Assembly: GCA_050261115.1 (NCBI GenBank)
Contig: JBLNCY010000031.1
Span: 33,503 to 97,502, forward strand
Direction of reading: 5' to 3'
Source of the DNA: Methanocella sp.
GTDB lineage: Archaea > Thermoproteota > Bathyarchaeia > Bathyarchaeales > Bathycorpusculaceae
DNA: 64,000 nucleotides
The notes below the pieces were generated by a model, which saw nothing but the letters and a program-made list of their open reading frames with translations, had not been told where the DNA came from and did no database searches. This document shows, in pieces, positions 29,476-39,261 of this stretch; within the stretch, counting starts at the first letter, position 1; each line of letters begins with the position of its first letter. Position numbers and translations under genes: made by a program.

Positions 29476-30666
29476 TTAGGCTTTGATTTTTTGGCCGATT
29501 GCTTGGCCGAATTCAAAGCACTTCTTTAGCTCCTCAGCGGTTGGAACCCACTTTAACTCCATAGTCGGCTCTTGGGTTTCGAGGCCAAACTCTTTTGCCA
29601 TCTTGACCATGCCTCGGACTGCGCCGCCGCCCCAACCGTAGCTTCCAAAAAAGTACCATGCCTTCCCTTTGGGCTTCAAGCCGCCAGCATAAGTCAAAAA
29701 CGAGCCCAGAGAGGGAAACATCCCGTTGTTAAGGGTTGGCGAGCCAACTACGACTGCTTTTGCATCCACAATCTCAGTGACAAGGTCGGTGTTGTCGTTG
29801 CATCTTAGCTTGAGCAGTTTGACCTCAACTCCTTGACTTGCGATGCCTTCACCGATTGCGCGTGCCATCTTGTCGGTGCTGCCCCACATGGTATCGAATA
29901 CGACTACCGCTTTGTTTTTCACGATTTTGCCTGTACACCAATCGAGGTATGCGTTTATGATTTTCATGGGGTCTTTGCGCCATATGATGCCGTGGCTTGG
30001 GGCTATGATGTCGATGGGTAGCTTCATGGCTACGACTTCTTGGATCTTTTTAACGATAAGCGGCGAGAACGGTGTTAGGATGTTTGCGTAGTATGTAACT
30101 GCCTCTTCCATGAGGATTTTCTCATCCACTTCGTCGTCGAATCGTCCTGAACTTGCAAGGTGCTGGCCAAACGCGTCGTTAGGTAGAAGTATTTTGTCTT
30201 CAATTATGTAAGTGAACATGCTATCAGGCCAATGTAGCATTGGCGCCTCAAGGAAAGTCAGCGTCTTTTGTCCCAACGAGATTTTGTCGCCAGACTTGAC
30301 GACCTCTATGCGCTCAAACTCTGATCCGTAATGCTTGATGAGTTCTTCTTTGCCTCTGGCAGTCGAGTAAATTTTGGCTTGCGGTGCAAGGCGGGCAACG
30401 ATGGGTAGGCTGCTTGAGTGGTCCATCTCTACATGGTTGACGATTATGTAGTCGATTTTCTCAAGTGGCGTGTGTTCTTTGATGTGTTCGATGAGTTCGT
30501 TAGCGAAGGGGGCTTTTACGGTGTCAACTAGGGCGGTTTTTTGGTCCTGTATTAAATAAGCGTTGTATGTTGTTCCCCTATATGTTATATATCCGTGGAA
30601 GTCGCGGATGTTCCAGTCTACTACTCCAACCCAATTTACTCCTTCCTTCAGAGTGACTTTATCCAT
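29476..30666 (-). CDS. fprA: flavodiiron protein FprA
   Basis: GTTYNAY, NHVEMDHS, LHWPDSM, DAFGQH, PSHG, TMWGST, FGSYGW. Start ATG 30666. Confidence 0.93.
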   Translation of the reverse strand: MDKVTLKEGVNWVGVVDWNIRDFHGYITYRGTTYNAYLIQDQKTALVDTVKAPFANELIEHIKEHTPLEKIDYIIVNHVEMDHSSSLPIVARLAPQAKIYSTARGKEELIKHYGSEFERIEVVKSGDKISLGQKTLTFLEAPMLHWPDSMFTYIIEDKILLPNDAFGQHLASSGRFDDEVDEKILMEEAVTYYANILTPFSPLIVKKIQEVVAMKLPIDIIAPSHGIIWRKDPMKIINAYLDWCTGKIVKNKAVVVFDTMWGSTDKMARAIGEGIASQGVEVKLLKLRCNDNTDLVTEIVDAKAVVVGSPTLNNGMFPSLGSFLTYAGGLKPKGKAWYFFGSYGWGGGAVRGMVKMAKEFGLETQEPTMELKWVPTAEELKKCFEFGQAIGQKIKA

Positions 30667-30818
30667 ACTAGATATCTCCAAAATGTAACTAGTCTAAATC
30701 GTCAGGTTCAAGCGCTTAATATTAGTTTCGTCTGCAACCGCTTGGGTGCTTTAAAGGCTATATGGAGCAGTACACACAGTAGTTTTAGCTAATATAGAGG
30801 TTTTTGGAGGGCTAAAAC

Positions 30819-31463
30819 TTGAGTCTTCTTCCCCAAGAAAAAAGGGAACTGTTACAGAGAGACTTTGAAACCAGACTGGTGGATCCGGTTAAGCTTGTTA
30901 TGTTTACCCAGGAAACAGAATGCCAATATTGCAATCAAACCCGCAAACTTGTCGAGGACATGGCAACAATAACCGACAAAATTACTGCTCAAATCTACGA
31001 CTTTGTTTCGGACACTGAAAAAGTCAAGGAGTATGGGATCGAGCGTATCCCCGCGATTGCAGTCATCGGCAAACAGGATTATGGGGTTCGCATCTATGGC
31101 ATACCATATGGATACGAGTTGCAGACCCTCATTGAAGCCATCATAAACGTCTCCAGAGGACAGACAGACCTTTCTGAGAAAACCAAAGAAGTCGTCAAAG
31201 ATATCAAAACGCCAGTAAATATCAAGGTCTTTGTAAACCTAACTTGCCCCCATTGTCCAAGTGCAGCCGCTACCGCACACAAACTCGCCATCGAATGCGG
31301 CAACGTTAGAGCCGAAGTGATAGACGCCCAAGAATTCCCCGACTTAGCCCTAAAATATAATGTTATTGGCGTGCCAAAAATAGTAATAAACGAAAAAGTG
31401 GAGTTTGTGGGGGAATTTAGTGAGGACTTGTTTGCGGAGCATGTCCTGTTAGGAGCCTTCTAA
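30819..31463 (+). CDS. protein disulfide oxidoreductase (two thioredoxin folds)
   Basis: CQYC and CPHC motifs, GIPYGYE, GVPK. Confidence 0.9.
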   Translation: MSLLPQEKRELLQRDFETRLVDPVKLVMFTQETECQYCNQTRKLVEDMATITDKITAQIYDFVSDTEKVKEYGIERIPAIAVIGKQDYGVRIYGIPYGYELQTLIEAIINVSRGQTDLSEKTKEVVKDIKTPVNIKVFVNLTCPHCPSAAATAHKLAIECGNVRAEVIDAQEFPDLALKYNVIGVPKIVINEKVEFVGEFSEDLFAEHVLLGAF

Positions 31464-31473
31464 AAAAGGAGGG

Positions 31474-31719
31474 CTAGTGTTTGTGTCCGCATCCGCAGCC
31501 ACAGCTATGGTCGCTTGGTTCGTCGTCGCCTTCCCGCTTGTGGTAGTGAACTGGATGCTGTTCTTCTGAGAGTTTGATGTTCACGTAGAGTTCTGGTTCT
31601 TCTTCGAAGGCTTTCTTGCAGCCTGGAGCACAGAAGTAGTAGGTTTTGCCCTTGTAGACGGCTGTCCATTTTGCTGTACGCTCGTCTACATCCATCATAC
31701 ATACTAGGTCTTTTGCCAT
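31474..31719 (-). CDS. YHS/TRASH metal-binding protein with His/Cys tail
   Basis: AKDLVCMM.V..YKGKTYYFCAPGC; tail HSCGCGCGHKH; GGAGGTG SD. Confidence 0.88.
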   Translation of the reverse strand: MAKDLVCMMDVDERTAKWTAVYKGKTYYFCAPGCKKAFEEEPELYVNIKLSEEQHPVHYHKREGDDEPSDHSCGCGCGHKH

Positions 31720-31756
31720 GCTTGTTTCACCTCCAAACAATCTTACGAGGGGTTAC

Positions 31757-34174
31757 TTAGAGTTTTGGTTTAAACCGCCGCAGTAGCGCCGCGTTAGACA
31801 CAACGGTAACACTGCTAAAGGCCATAGCGGCCGCCGCATACACTGGATCAAACACTACACCAAGCAACGGATATAGCACCCCAGCAGCCATTGGAATCAA
31901 CGCGACATTATAGAAGAAAGCCCAGAATAGGTTCTGGCGAATTTTGCTCATCGTCGCCTGACTCAACTGGATTGCAACCACCACGTCACGCAGGTCATTT
32001 TTGATCAGCACTATGTCGCCTGACTCCATAGCAACATCTGTGCCCGAGCCTACAGCAACCCCGATGTCAGCTTGAGCCAGTGCCGGGGCATCATTGATAC
32101 CGTCGCCAACCATGGCCACCACATTGCCTTCACCCTGCAGACGCTTGATTTCAGTGGCTTTTTCGCTGGGCAAAACTTCCGCCAGTACACGGTCCACGCC
32201 AACCTGTGTGGCTATGGCTTTGGCTGTGTGTGGGTTATCGCCGGTTAACATTACTATTTCAAGCCCCATCTTCTTGAGCGCTGTAACTGCCTGGGCTGAG
32301 TGCTCTTTTACTACATCAGCAACCGCAATTAACCCAGTGGCTTTTCCGTCTAATGCCAGCAGCATCACGGTTTTGCCCTGCTCCTCAAACGCCGCCATCC
32401 TGGGCTCAAGTGTAGAGATGTCGATGTTGTTGGTTTCCATTAGTTTACGGTTGCCAAGCAACACCGTTTTTCCGGCATACTTAACTTCGACACCCTGCCC
32501 CGGAATCGCGTTGAAGTCGTTTGGCCATTCAACATTTAGGTTGCGTGTTTTGGCGGCTTTTACGATGGCTTCGCCTAGGGGATGCTCAGAATTCTTCTCT
32601 GCCACTGCTGCATAAAGTAATAGTTGCTCCTCATTGAGCGTATCAGTGGTTACTATGTCGGTTACTTCGGGTTCACCCTTAGTTAAGGTGCCTGTTTTGT
32701 CGAATACCACCGTTTGCAGCTTGTGAGCTGTTTCTAGTGTTTCGCCGCTTTTGATTAGGATGCCGTTTTCCGCTCCTTTTCCGACACCGACCATAATAGC
32801 TGTCGGAGTAGCTAACCCTAGAGCACAGGGGCAAGCGACGATCAGCACCGCTATAAACACGGTTAATGAGAAGATGTAGTCTGTGCCGAAGAGGAAGTAC
32901 CATGCTAACGCCGACAGTGTAGCGATGGTTATGATAGCGGGGACAAAGTACCCTGAGGCTATGTCGGCTAACCGCTGTACAGGCGCTTTAGAGCTTAAAG
33001 CGGTCTCGACTAAACTTATGATCTGGGCGAGTGCGGTATCTTTGCCGACTTTGGTGGCTTGGAACTTGAAGGTGCCAGTCTTGTTTAGGGTGGCGCCAAT
33101 GACTTGGTCGCCTTTGCGTTTCTCAATGGGAATGGATTCGCCTGTGATGACTTTCTCGTCTACAGCCGAATAACCCTCGGTGATTACGCCGTCGACTGGG
33201 ATTTTCTCGCCTGGACGCACGACTATGATGTCGCCGACTTGGACTTCCTCGACGGGTAACTCGGTTTCTATGCCGTCTCGTATAACATGGGCGGTTTTGG
33301 CTTGTAGACCCATGATTTTTCGGATCGCTTCTGATGTTCGGCCTTTGGCGGCGGCGTCGAGTAGTTTGCCGGCTAGGATGAAGGTGATGATCATGACGGA
33401 GGTTTCAAAGAAGACAGGTGAGTGGTGGAATATGTCGGGGGCGAAGGTGACAATTGTGCTGTATACCCATGCGGTTGAGGTGCCCATGGCGATTAGGGTA
33501 TCCATGTTGGCAGTTCTGTTGCGCAGACCCTTGTATGCCCCAGCATAGAACGACCAGCCCACAATGAACTGGACGGGTGTGGCTAGGATAAACATCAGCA
33601 GGTTATTTTGCTGCATTGTAGAAAGAGGCATAAACCACATGACAAGCATGATGGGAATCGTGATGGCTATGCTTGATGCTAAGAGGATTTTTAGGCGTCG
33701 GATGTGACGTTGGCGGGCCTTGCCCTCGGAGTCCTCGACTGTTTTTTGTGGCTCGATCACTTCATAACCGACGTCTTGGATGGCTTTTTTGATACTTACT
33801 AAGCTGATTTGCCCTGAATTGTACTCGACCAAAACCCGCTCTGTGGCAAAATTCACTGCTGCACTATAGATGCCCTCTTTAGCGTTAAGCGCCTTTTCGA
33901 TGGCTTTTGCGCAATTTGTGCATGTCATACCGGCGATTTGGAGGCTTATTTTTTCGTGGATAACTTGGTAGCCGACCTCTGTTATGGTGTCTTCTATGGT
34001 TTTCTGGTCTATGATGGTGGGGTTGTATTCGATGAGGGCTTTTTCTGCGGCTAGGTTGACGGTGGCTTGGGTTATGCCGTTTAGTTTTTTGAGGGCTTTC
34101 TCTATGCTACGTGCGCAGTTTATGCAGCTCATGCCGGCGATGTTTAGGGTGAGTTTTTTGGTGGGTTGGCTTAT
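31757..34174 (-). CDS. copA: Cu(I)-translocating P1B ATPase, probable ATA start
   Basis: Two HMA domains (GMSCINC, GMTCTNC), [30 protein letters not shown]. The first HMA strand KKLTLNIAG lies upstream of the ATG at 34132. Confidence 0.93.
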   Translation of the reverse strand: MSQPTKKLTLNIAGMSCINCARSIEKALKKLNGITQATVNLAAEKALIEYNPTIIDQKTIEDTITEVGYQVIHEKISLQIAGMTCTNCAKAIEKALNAKEGIYSAAVNFATERVLVEYNSGQISLVSIKKAIQDVGYEVIEPQKTVEDSEGKARQRHIRRLKILLASSIAITIPIMLVMWFMPLSTMQQNNLLMFILATPVQFIVGWSFYAGAYKGLRNRTANMDTLIAMGTSTAWVYSTIVTFAPDIFHHSPVFFETSVMIITFILAGKLLDAAAKGRTSEAIRKIMGLQAKTAHVIRDGIETELPVEEVQVGDIIVVRPGEKIPVDGVITEGYSAVDEKVITGESIPIEKRKGDQVIGATLNKTGTFKFQATKVGKDTALAQIISLVETALSSKAPVQRLADIASGYFVPAIITIATLSALAWYFLFGTDYIFSLTVFIAVLIVACPCALGLATPTAIMVGVGKGAENGILIKSGETLETAHKLQTVVFDKTGTLTKGEPEVTDIVTTDTLNEEQLLLYAAVAEKNSEHPLGEAIVKAAKTRNLNVEWPNDFNAIPGQGVEVKYAGKTVLLGNRKLMETNNIDISTLEPRMAAFEEQGKTVMLLALDGKATGLIAVADVVKEHSAQAVTALKKMGLEIVMLTGDNPHTAKAIATQVGVDRVLAEVLPSEKATEIKRLQGEGNVVAMVGDGINDAPALAQADIGVAVGSGTDVAMESGDIVLIKNDLRDVVVAIQLSQATMSKIRQNLFWAFFYNVALIPMAAGVLYPLLGVVFDPVYAAAAMAFSSVTVVSNAALLRRFKPKL

Positions 34175-34327
34175 GGGGTTGCCTCCTTGAGTGTATGGTG
34201 GGGGTCACAAGCATATAAATGTGTCTGAATAAGATATATTATTTGAGTATCCATCAACCCAGAGACACAACAATCAGCCATCAAGAGACAAACTACCAAA
34301 CCCCAAACAGAAAAGCACAGCAGACAC

Positions 34328-34603
34328 CTACTCAATGCGCTTTATGATATGATAGCCGAACTGGGTTTTAACTGGCCCGCTAACCTGCCCCTTTTCAAGC
34401 TCAAAGGCACATTTCTCAAATTCCTTAACCATCTTGCCACGGGCAAAGGTTCCCAAGTCGCCGCCTTTTTTGCCCGACGAGCAGAGGCTATACTGTTTGG
34501 CAAGGTCGCTGAATTTTTCGCCTTTGGTTAGGCGGGCTTTGATGTTGTTGGCTTCGGTCAGGGTTTTTACTAGTATGTGGGCGCAGTGGACTTTGGTTGG
34601 CAT
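34328..34603 (-). CDS. parvulin-type peptidyl-prolyl isomerase
   Basis: CAHILVK, GGDLG, MVKEFE, VKTQFGYHII. Confidence 0.93.
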   Translation of the reverse strand: MPTKVHCAHILVKTLTEANNIKARLTKGEKFSDLAKQYSLCSSGKKGGDLGTFARGKMVKEFEKCAFELEKGQVSGPVKTQFGYHIIKRIE

Positions 34604-34838
34604 GGGATTGTTATGGTTGTTTTTGGAATATAACTCTTCCCCGGAGGAGGTTTCTGTTTTGGGGTTTTGGCCCCGAATTTAGAGATACAAGTGAACTTAA
34701 CCATGACGTTGTTTGCATGTGTGCTTCGGATGTGGCATAAAATTGTAGAAAAACACATCTCGAGAGAAGGTGCTACTTCGAAGTTCGAAGCAACCACTGC
34801 AGATAGTGTTATAGCAAAAGCAACCCATACAGGTAGCT

Positions 34839-34949
34839 ATGCAAGCAGAAAACATGCTCATAGACATCGAAGAGGAACAGCACCTAGACAGAGTAACCGC
34901 AGAGCAACTTGCAAAAATTGTCGAGTTCCTGCTAAACCTCGAAGACTAG
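34839..34949 (+). CDS. putative 36-aa acidic small protein
   Basis: MQAENMLIDIEEEQHLDRVTAEQLAKIVEFLLNLED*; AGGT 4 nt upstream; amphipathic helix. Confidence 0.45.
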   Translation: MQAENMLIDIEEEQHLDRVTAEQLAKIVEFLLNLED

Positions 34950-35009
34950 CAGACTTACTTTTAATTGCTAGCCTATCTGCAAAGTTGCCTATCCAGGTAT
35001 TGCGTCTTG

Positions 35010-35738
35010 TTAGAGTTTTTCGGTGATGAATTCTTTGGCAAACCCTGCTAGGAACTCCACGTTAAGCCGCGTCAAATACATGAACGTTTTAAAGCTCCAG
35101 TTCGAAAGCGCAGCAAACGGCGTCAAAAGCAGCCGCGCCGCCATCCGCCTGGCGAGCTTGTAGAAGCCAAAATGGCCATAGCGCCGATACGAAACCCCCA
35201 CAGTTACATAATCTTTCGATGTCCCCAGATGCGTTGCGCCGATGAAGGGCAGCACCTTCCACTTGTAGCCAGTTTTTAGCACGTAGCTTTTGAAGTATTG
35301 GTCTTCGCCAAAGAACAGTTTGGGCGGGTTGTAGTTTTCCATGAGTTTGCGTCGGATGATGATGTTGTTTATGTGGGGGTTGGTATCGAGTTTGCTTAGG
35401 TTGTAGACGGTGCCGACGATGCGTTCATAGCTGGCGGCGTGGGGGTTTTTGTGGACTGCGACTGTGCCTATGGCGCCTATATCGGGTGCGATGTGCGCGG
35501 TGACTTTTTGGAGCCAGTCGGGTGGTAGGAGCATGTCGTCATCTACCATGGCTACCCACGCGGTTGATGCGGCCAGGACGCCGTGCTTGCGGGCGATGCT
35601 TAGGGGTTTTTCATGGGTGTTTATGATTTTTCCTGCACAAGGCATACGACGGATTTGCCTCAGCAAGGCGGGGTTGGCTTGGTCGCGTGAGGGAACAACA
35701 AAATCGACCTTTTGATCTTTGCTCGTGCAGGATGACAT
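35010..35738 (-). CDS. GT2-family glycosyltransferase
   Basis: DFVVPS, LSIARKHG, MVDDD, PDWL, GED. Confidence 0.8.
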   Translation of the reverse strand: MSSCTSKDQKVDFVVPSRDQANPALLRQIRRMPCAGKIINTHEKPLSIARKHGVLAASTAWVAMVDDDMLLPPDWLQKVTAHIAPDIGAIGTVAVHKNPHAASYERIVGTVYNLSKLDTNPHINNIIIRRKLMENYNPPKLFFGEDQYFKSYVLKTGYKWKVLPFIGATHLGTSKDYVTVGVSYRRYGHFGFYKLARRMAARLLLTPFAALSNWSFKTFMYLTRLNVEFLAGFAKEFITEKL

Positions 35739-35816
35739 AGCCTCATATGTCCTGTGAGGTGGATAAATAGTTTATCTGACCCTGCACACACCTCCGCCAG
35801 AACCGCTACGGAAGCA

Positions 35817-35867
35817 CTGTTGCTCTGCCATAGACCCCCCTCCCTTATATATAGACTCAACAACCGC
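35817..35867 (-). repeat. dispersed ~50-bp repeat, copy 3
   Basis: Minus strand GCGGTTGTTGAGTCTATATATAAGGGAGGGGGGTCTATGGCAGAGCAACAG. Confidence 0.8.
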
Positions 35868-36030
35868 AGAACAAAACTTGGGGATGATGGGAGTTTGCTG
35901 GGTATTAGAGGAGGAAACTATGCGACTGCAGAATATGTCGATAGTTAGCTGCATGGCTGTTTCGATTGAAACGACTCACTGCGAACTGGGCTCATTAGTT
36001 GCCGATTATGAAATTAGCAAGCAGCCTTTG

Positions 36031-36411
36031 TTATCCTTCGACTTTGGCTTCAAATCCGCCATACGCCATCCGCTTAACCTCAAAGGGCATCTCAACGCCC
36101 TGGTACTCCTCTGCCCGCGTCTCCATCTCCGCCATAACCTTAGCGTTAACCTCATCTCGATGCTGCCTGGATTCAAAAACCACAAAACTGAACCACACGG
36201 TCTCGTTGGGTTGAGCTTTTGTAAGCTCTATAAATGAGAGAGGTTTCCCGCCGCCAGTATCCTTGGTTTCAAGGTCCTCGCCCATGCATTCCAGGTATTG
36301 GAGAGCACCATGTTTCATCCATAACTCTTTTCCGCCCTCAGCCATCTTTCGGTAATCGGCTTCCCTATCCTTGGGGACTACTATTACAAATCCGTCTACA
36401 TATTTTGCCAA
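36031..36411 (-). CDS. DUF1428 family protein
   Basis: YVDGFV..VP, WMKHGAL.Y.EC, ETVWFSF, HRDEVNAKVM, MPF..KRMAYGGF. Start TTG 36411. Confidence 0.88.
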   Translation of the reverse strand: MAKYVDGFVIVVPKDREADYRKMAEGGKELWMKHGALQYLECMGEDLETKDTGGGKPLSFIELTKAQPNETVWFSFVVFESRQHRDEVNAKVMAEMETRAEEYQGVEMPFEVKRMAYGGFEAKVEG

Positions 36412-36495
36412 TTGCATCACTCACACTCACAAAATTTAAGCTGACAATCTTAGGGTATCTCATGGATTTGAGCGTTTGTGTCGCCCAACAAGGAG

Positions 36496-37887
36496 TTACA
36501 TGTTGAGGATTTTCTTGGCTTTCTGAGCTGCCCGTTTAGCGCCTTTACCAGCAATCATGCCCTTCTGGACACCATTGAGTAGTTGCAGAATCATGCCCTG
36601 CTTCACATGCTCAACCATCTGCTGCTCGCTAATACCGGGAAGCTGCATACAATCGCCTATCTTCACGTTATGGGTTGCTATGCCGTACCTTTGGGCTATG
36701 TGGTAGAGTTTGCTGCCTATGATCGGGTTGGTTATGGACCAACTGATGTATTCTATGAGGTTATCGCGGAGGCAGGCTTTGGCGAAGTCAAGAGTGTTTT
36801 GCACTTCCTCGGGGGTTTCATACTCGAGTTTGCCGTTTGTCTCCCACGCATTATAGAGCATCAAGAACCCATAGACTTTAACGCCGTACTTTTTGAGTAG
36901 TTCCAGTGTGCGTATGTTGTCGGCTTGAGTAGCGTTTTTACCTATGCCCTTTAATACACGATCGTTGGCGGACTCTAACCCTATATGAGCCAGCCACACA
37001 TGGGTGTCACTTAGCTTCTTAGCCAACTCGTCGTTGAGTTTGTCGGCTCGGAGGTTGCACTGAAACACCATGCCCCGCAGCTTAAGCTTCTGGATCTCGT
37101 CTAGCACTTCAAGGCACCATTTGATGTCCACGTTGAAGGTGTCACTGCGGATGTAGACTTCTCGGATGCCTCTGCCGTAGAGGTAGCGGACTTCTTCGGC
37201 GATGTTCTTGGGGGAGCGCATGCGTATCCAGGGCTTCTCCAGCTTCCAGACGGGGTTGCTACAGTATGTGCAGTAGTTGGGGCAGCCACGGATGGGTAGG
37301 AGGTAAGCCATGCGTTTATGTTTGCTGACAGCTATGTCATAGTTTTCAAAGTTGATGAGATCCCACGCAGGGAAAAAATCCAGATCCCGCAGAAGAGGAC
37401 GTAGACCGTTGTTTTTTTGGCGATTAACAGTGCCTACAACATCAGTTACTGGTTGGCCGACTTGGGTTTTTTGGATGATTTCGGTGCAGGTTTCCTCACC
37501 CTCACCCACCACGCAGGCGTCGACCGCCGTGTTCTTAAGCACATCCTGCGGATTGATGGTTGGATGTGGGCCGCCTGCCAGCATAAGCATCGGTAACCCT
37601 AGCGCCTCTACCTTCGTCAGTGTCTCAAAAGAGAAGTCGCGCCGGGGCGTCGTAAATGATATGGCGTAGATGTCTGGCTTAACTTCTTTAACCTTCTTGA
37701 GATGCTCCTCCATCGATAGGAATGGTTCTAGATAAGTGAATTCTACATCAGGCAAACGCTGCCTTGCATAGCCTATGATGTAGAGTATGCCAAGGTTCGG
37801 TGACTCGGTTACGGATTCGCCCTTTGCTTCCCTGCCAAACGGTGGATCAGCAAAAACAACTCTTAACTTCTTAGATTTAGGCGCCAT
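36496..37887 (-). CDS. B12-binding radical SAM protein (class B-like)
   Basis: PNLGILYI, GGPHPT, GEGE, RGCPNYCTYC, RMRSP, GLES. Confidence 0.9.
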   Translation of the reverse strand: MAPKSKKLRVVFADPPFGREAKGESVTESPNLGILYIIGYARQRLPDVEFTYLEPFLSMEEHLKKVKEVKPDIYAISFTTPRRDFSFETLTKVEALGLPMLMLAGGPHPTINPQDVLKNTAVDACVVGEGEETCTEIIQKTQVGQPVTDVVGTVNRQKNNGLRPLLRDLDFFPAWDLINFENYDIAVSKHKRMAYLLPIRGCPNYCTYCSNPVWKLEKPWIRMRSPKNIAEEVRYLYGRGIREVYIRSDTFNVDIKWCLEVLDEIQKLKLRGMVFQCNLRADKLNDELAKKLSDTHVWLAHIGLESANDRVLKGIGKNATQADNIRTLELLKKYGVKVYGFLMLYNAWETNGKLEYETPEEVQNTLDFAKACLRDNLIEYISWSITNPIIGSKLYHIAQRYGIATHNVKIGDCMQLPGISEQQMVEHVKQGMILQLLNGVQKGMIAGKGAKRAAQKAKKILNM

Positions 37888-38038
37888 CTACTCTGTCACC
37901 AAGAGCCATCTTACAAGAACGCACACACGCAACCGTATATATCTTCTGCATCATACCGCCATGGAGCCGCAAGCAGCTAGTAAACTTCTTTAGAGCCCAG
38001 CCAATGAATGTAACAACTAAAAACTGAGCTGAAACGGC

Positions 38039-39166
38039 TTGGCAACCTTCCTGGTGGTTCACGCATACCTAGACATCTATGGCGGCGGCGAACGCGTCTG
38101 CCACAACGTAATCAAAACTCTAGTTAACCAAGGCCAAAAAGTGGAGCTGCTAACCTTCGACTTCAACCCTGACCGCTACCGCGACATAGTCGGCGAAAGC
38201 TTTCCCCCAGAGGTCACTTTGCACTCGCTTGGCAAACGCACCCAAGAAAAATCCCCCTTCACCATATACAAGCGCCACCACAACTACGTTAAGCTACTCA
38301 AAAAGTTCCGCAACCAACTCCAATACGATTACCTCTTCTCCACCCAATCAAGCTCCCCCTTTGAACCAACATTCTTAAACAAAGCCAAAAAAAACATCGC
38401 CTACGTCCACTTCCCAGAAATCCACCATGACTACCAACGAAGTTCATTAAAGCGTAAACTCTACCTGTGGCTCTTTAAGCGCTGGGTAGAGCAAGGCATA
38501 GACAAACTTGACATAGTATTCTGCAACAGCAACTACACCAAAGAGGCCATGCTAAAACTCTGGAAACGCCACGGCGTAGTAGATCCCATTGTAGTCTATC
38601 CGCCTGTGAACCTTGAACGGTTCTGGTGCAAAAAACCCCTCACACAGCGCAGAAAGCGAATAGTGTATGTAGCGCGATTCATACCTGCCAAGCGGCATGA
38701 GATCCTCAAACGGCTGGCAACGGATTTGCCGATGTACGAGTTTGTGAGCGTAGGGGGCTTAATTGAAGCAGAAAAAGACTGGTTCAACAAGTTCCAAACC
38801 GATCTCCCCCAAAACTACACTCTAAAACCCAACCTTCCCACCTCAGACCTACTAGAAATCCTTCATGACTCCCGCATCTACGTTCACTTGATGGAGGGGG
38901 AACACTTCGGGATAGCGCCTGTGGAAGGGTTAGCCAGTGGATGCGTTACACTGGTGCATGACAGTGGAGGCATGAAGGAGTTTATACCTGAAGCGTTTAG
39001 GTGGCAAATCTATGAGGAGCTTAAACAGAAAATAATCGACAACATGGATAACCCCAGTTGGGATGCCACGCGGCAAGAGTTGTGGCGCAAAATCGAGGTT
39101 TTATCTCCCCAGCACTTCGAAAAAGCCATCTGGACAAACCTTAAGCAGGTTTTGGCGACGGAGTAA
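38039..39166 (+). CDS. GT4 glycosyltransferase (ALG11-like motifs)
   Basis: GGGERV, YVHFP, CNSNYT, YPPV, ARF.P.KRH, EHFGIAPVE, HDSGG. Confidence 0.88.
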   Translation: MATFLVVHAYLDIYGGGERVCHNVIKTLVNQGQKVELLTFDFNPDRYRDIVGESFPPEVTLHSLGKRTQEKSPFTIYKRHHNYVKLLKKFRNQLQYDYLFSTQSSSPFEPTFLNKAKKNIAYVHFPEIHHDYQRSSLKRKLYLWLFKRWVEQGIDKLDIVFCNSNYTKEAMLKLWKRHGVVDPIVVYPPVNLERFWCKKPLTQRRKRIVYVARFIPAKRHEILKRLATDLPMYEFVSVGGLIEAEKDWFNKFQTDLPQNYTLKPNLPTSDLLEILHDSRIYVHLMEGEHFGIAPVEGLASGCVTLVHDSGGMKEFIPEAFRWQIYEELKQKIIDNMDNPSWDATRQELWRKIEVLSPQHFEKAIWTNLKQVLATE

Positions 39167-39261
39167 CCACTTTTTTGGTCGCCTCTCTTTTAGGAATAAC
39201 TTTAAATCAAAAAGCTACCCTAGCATATTGAATAGGTTGATAATGCTGATTAAGCCCGAAA

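Noticed and set aside
35878-36237. Plus-strand ORF with a GAGGAGG SD-like sequence
   Set aside because: Runs antisense into the conserved DUF1428 gene and has no recognisable features.
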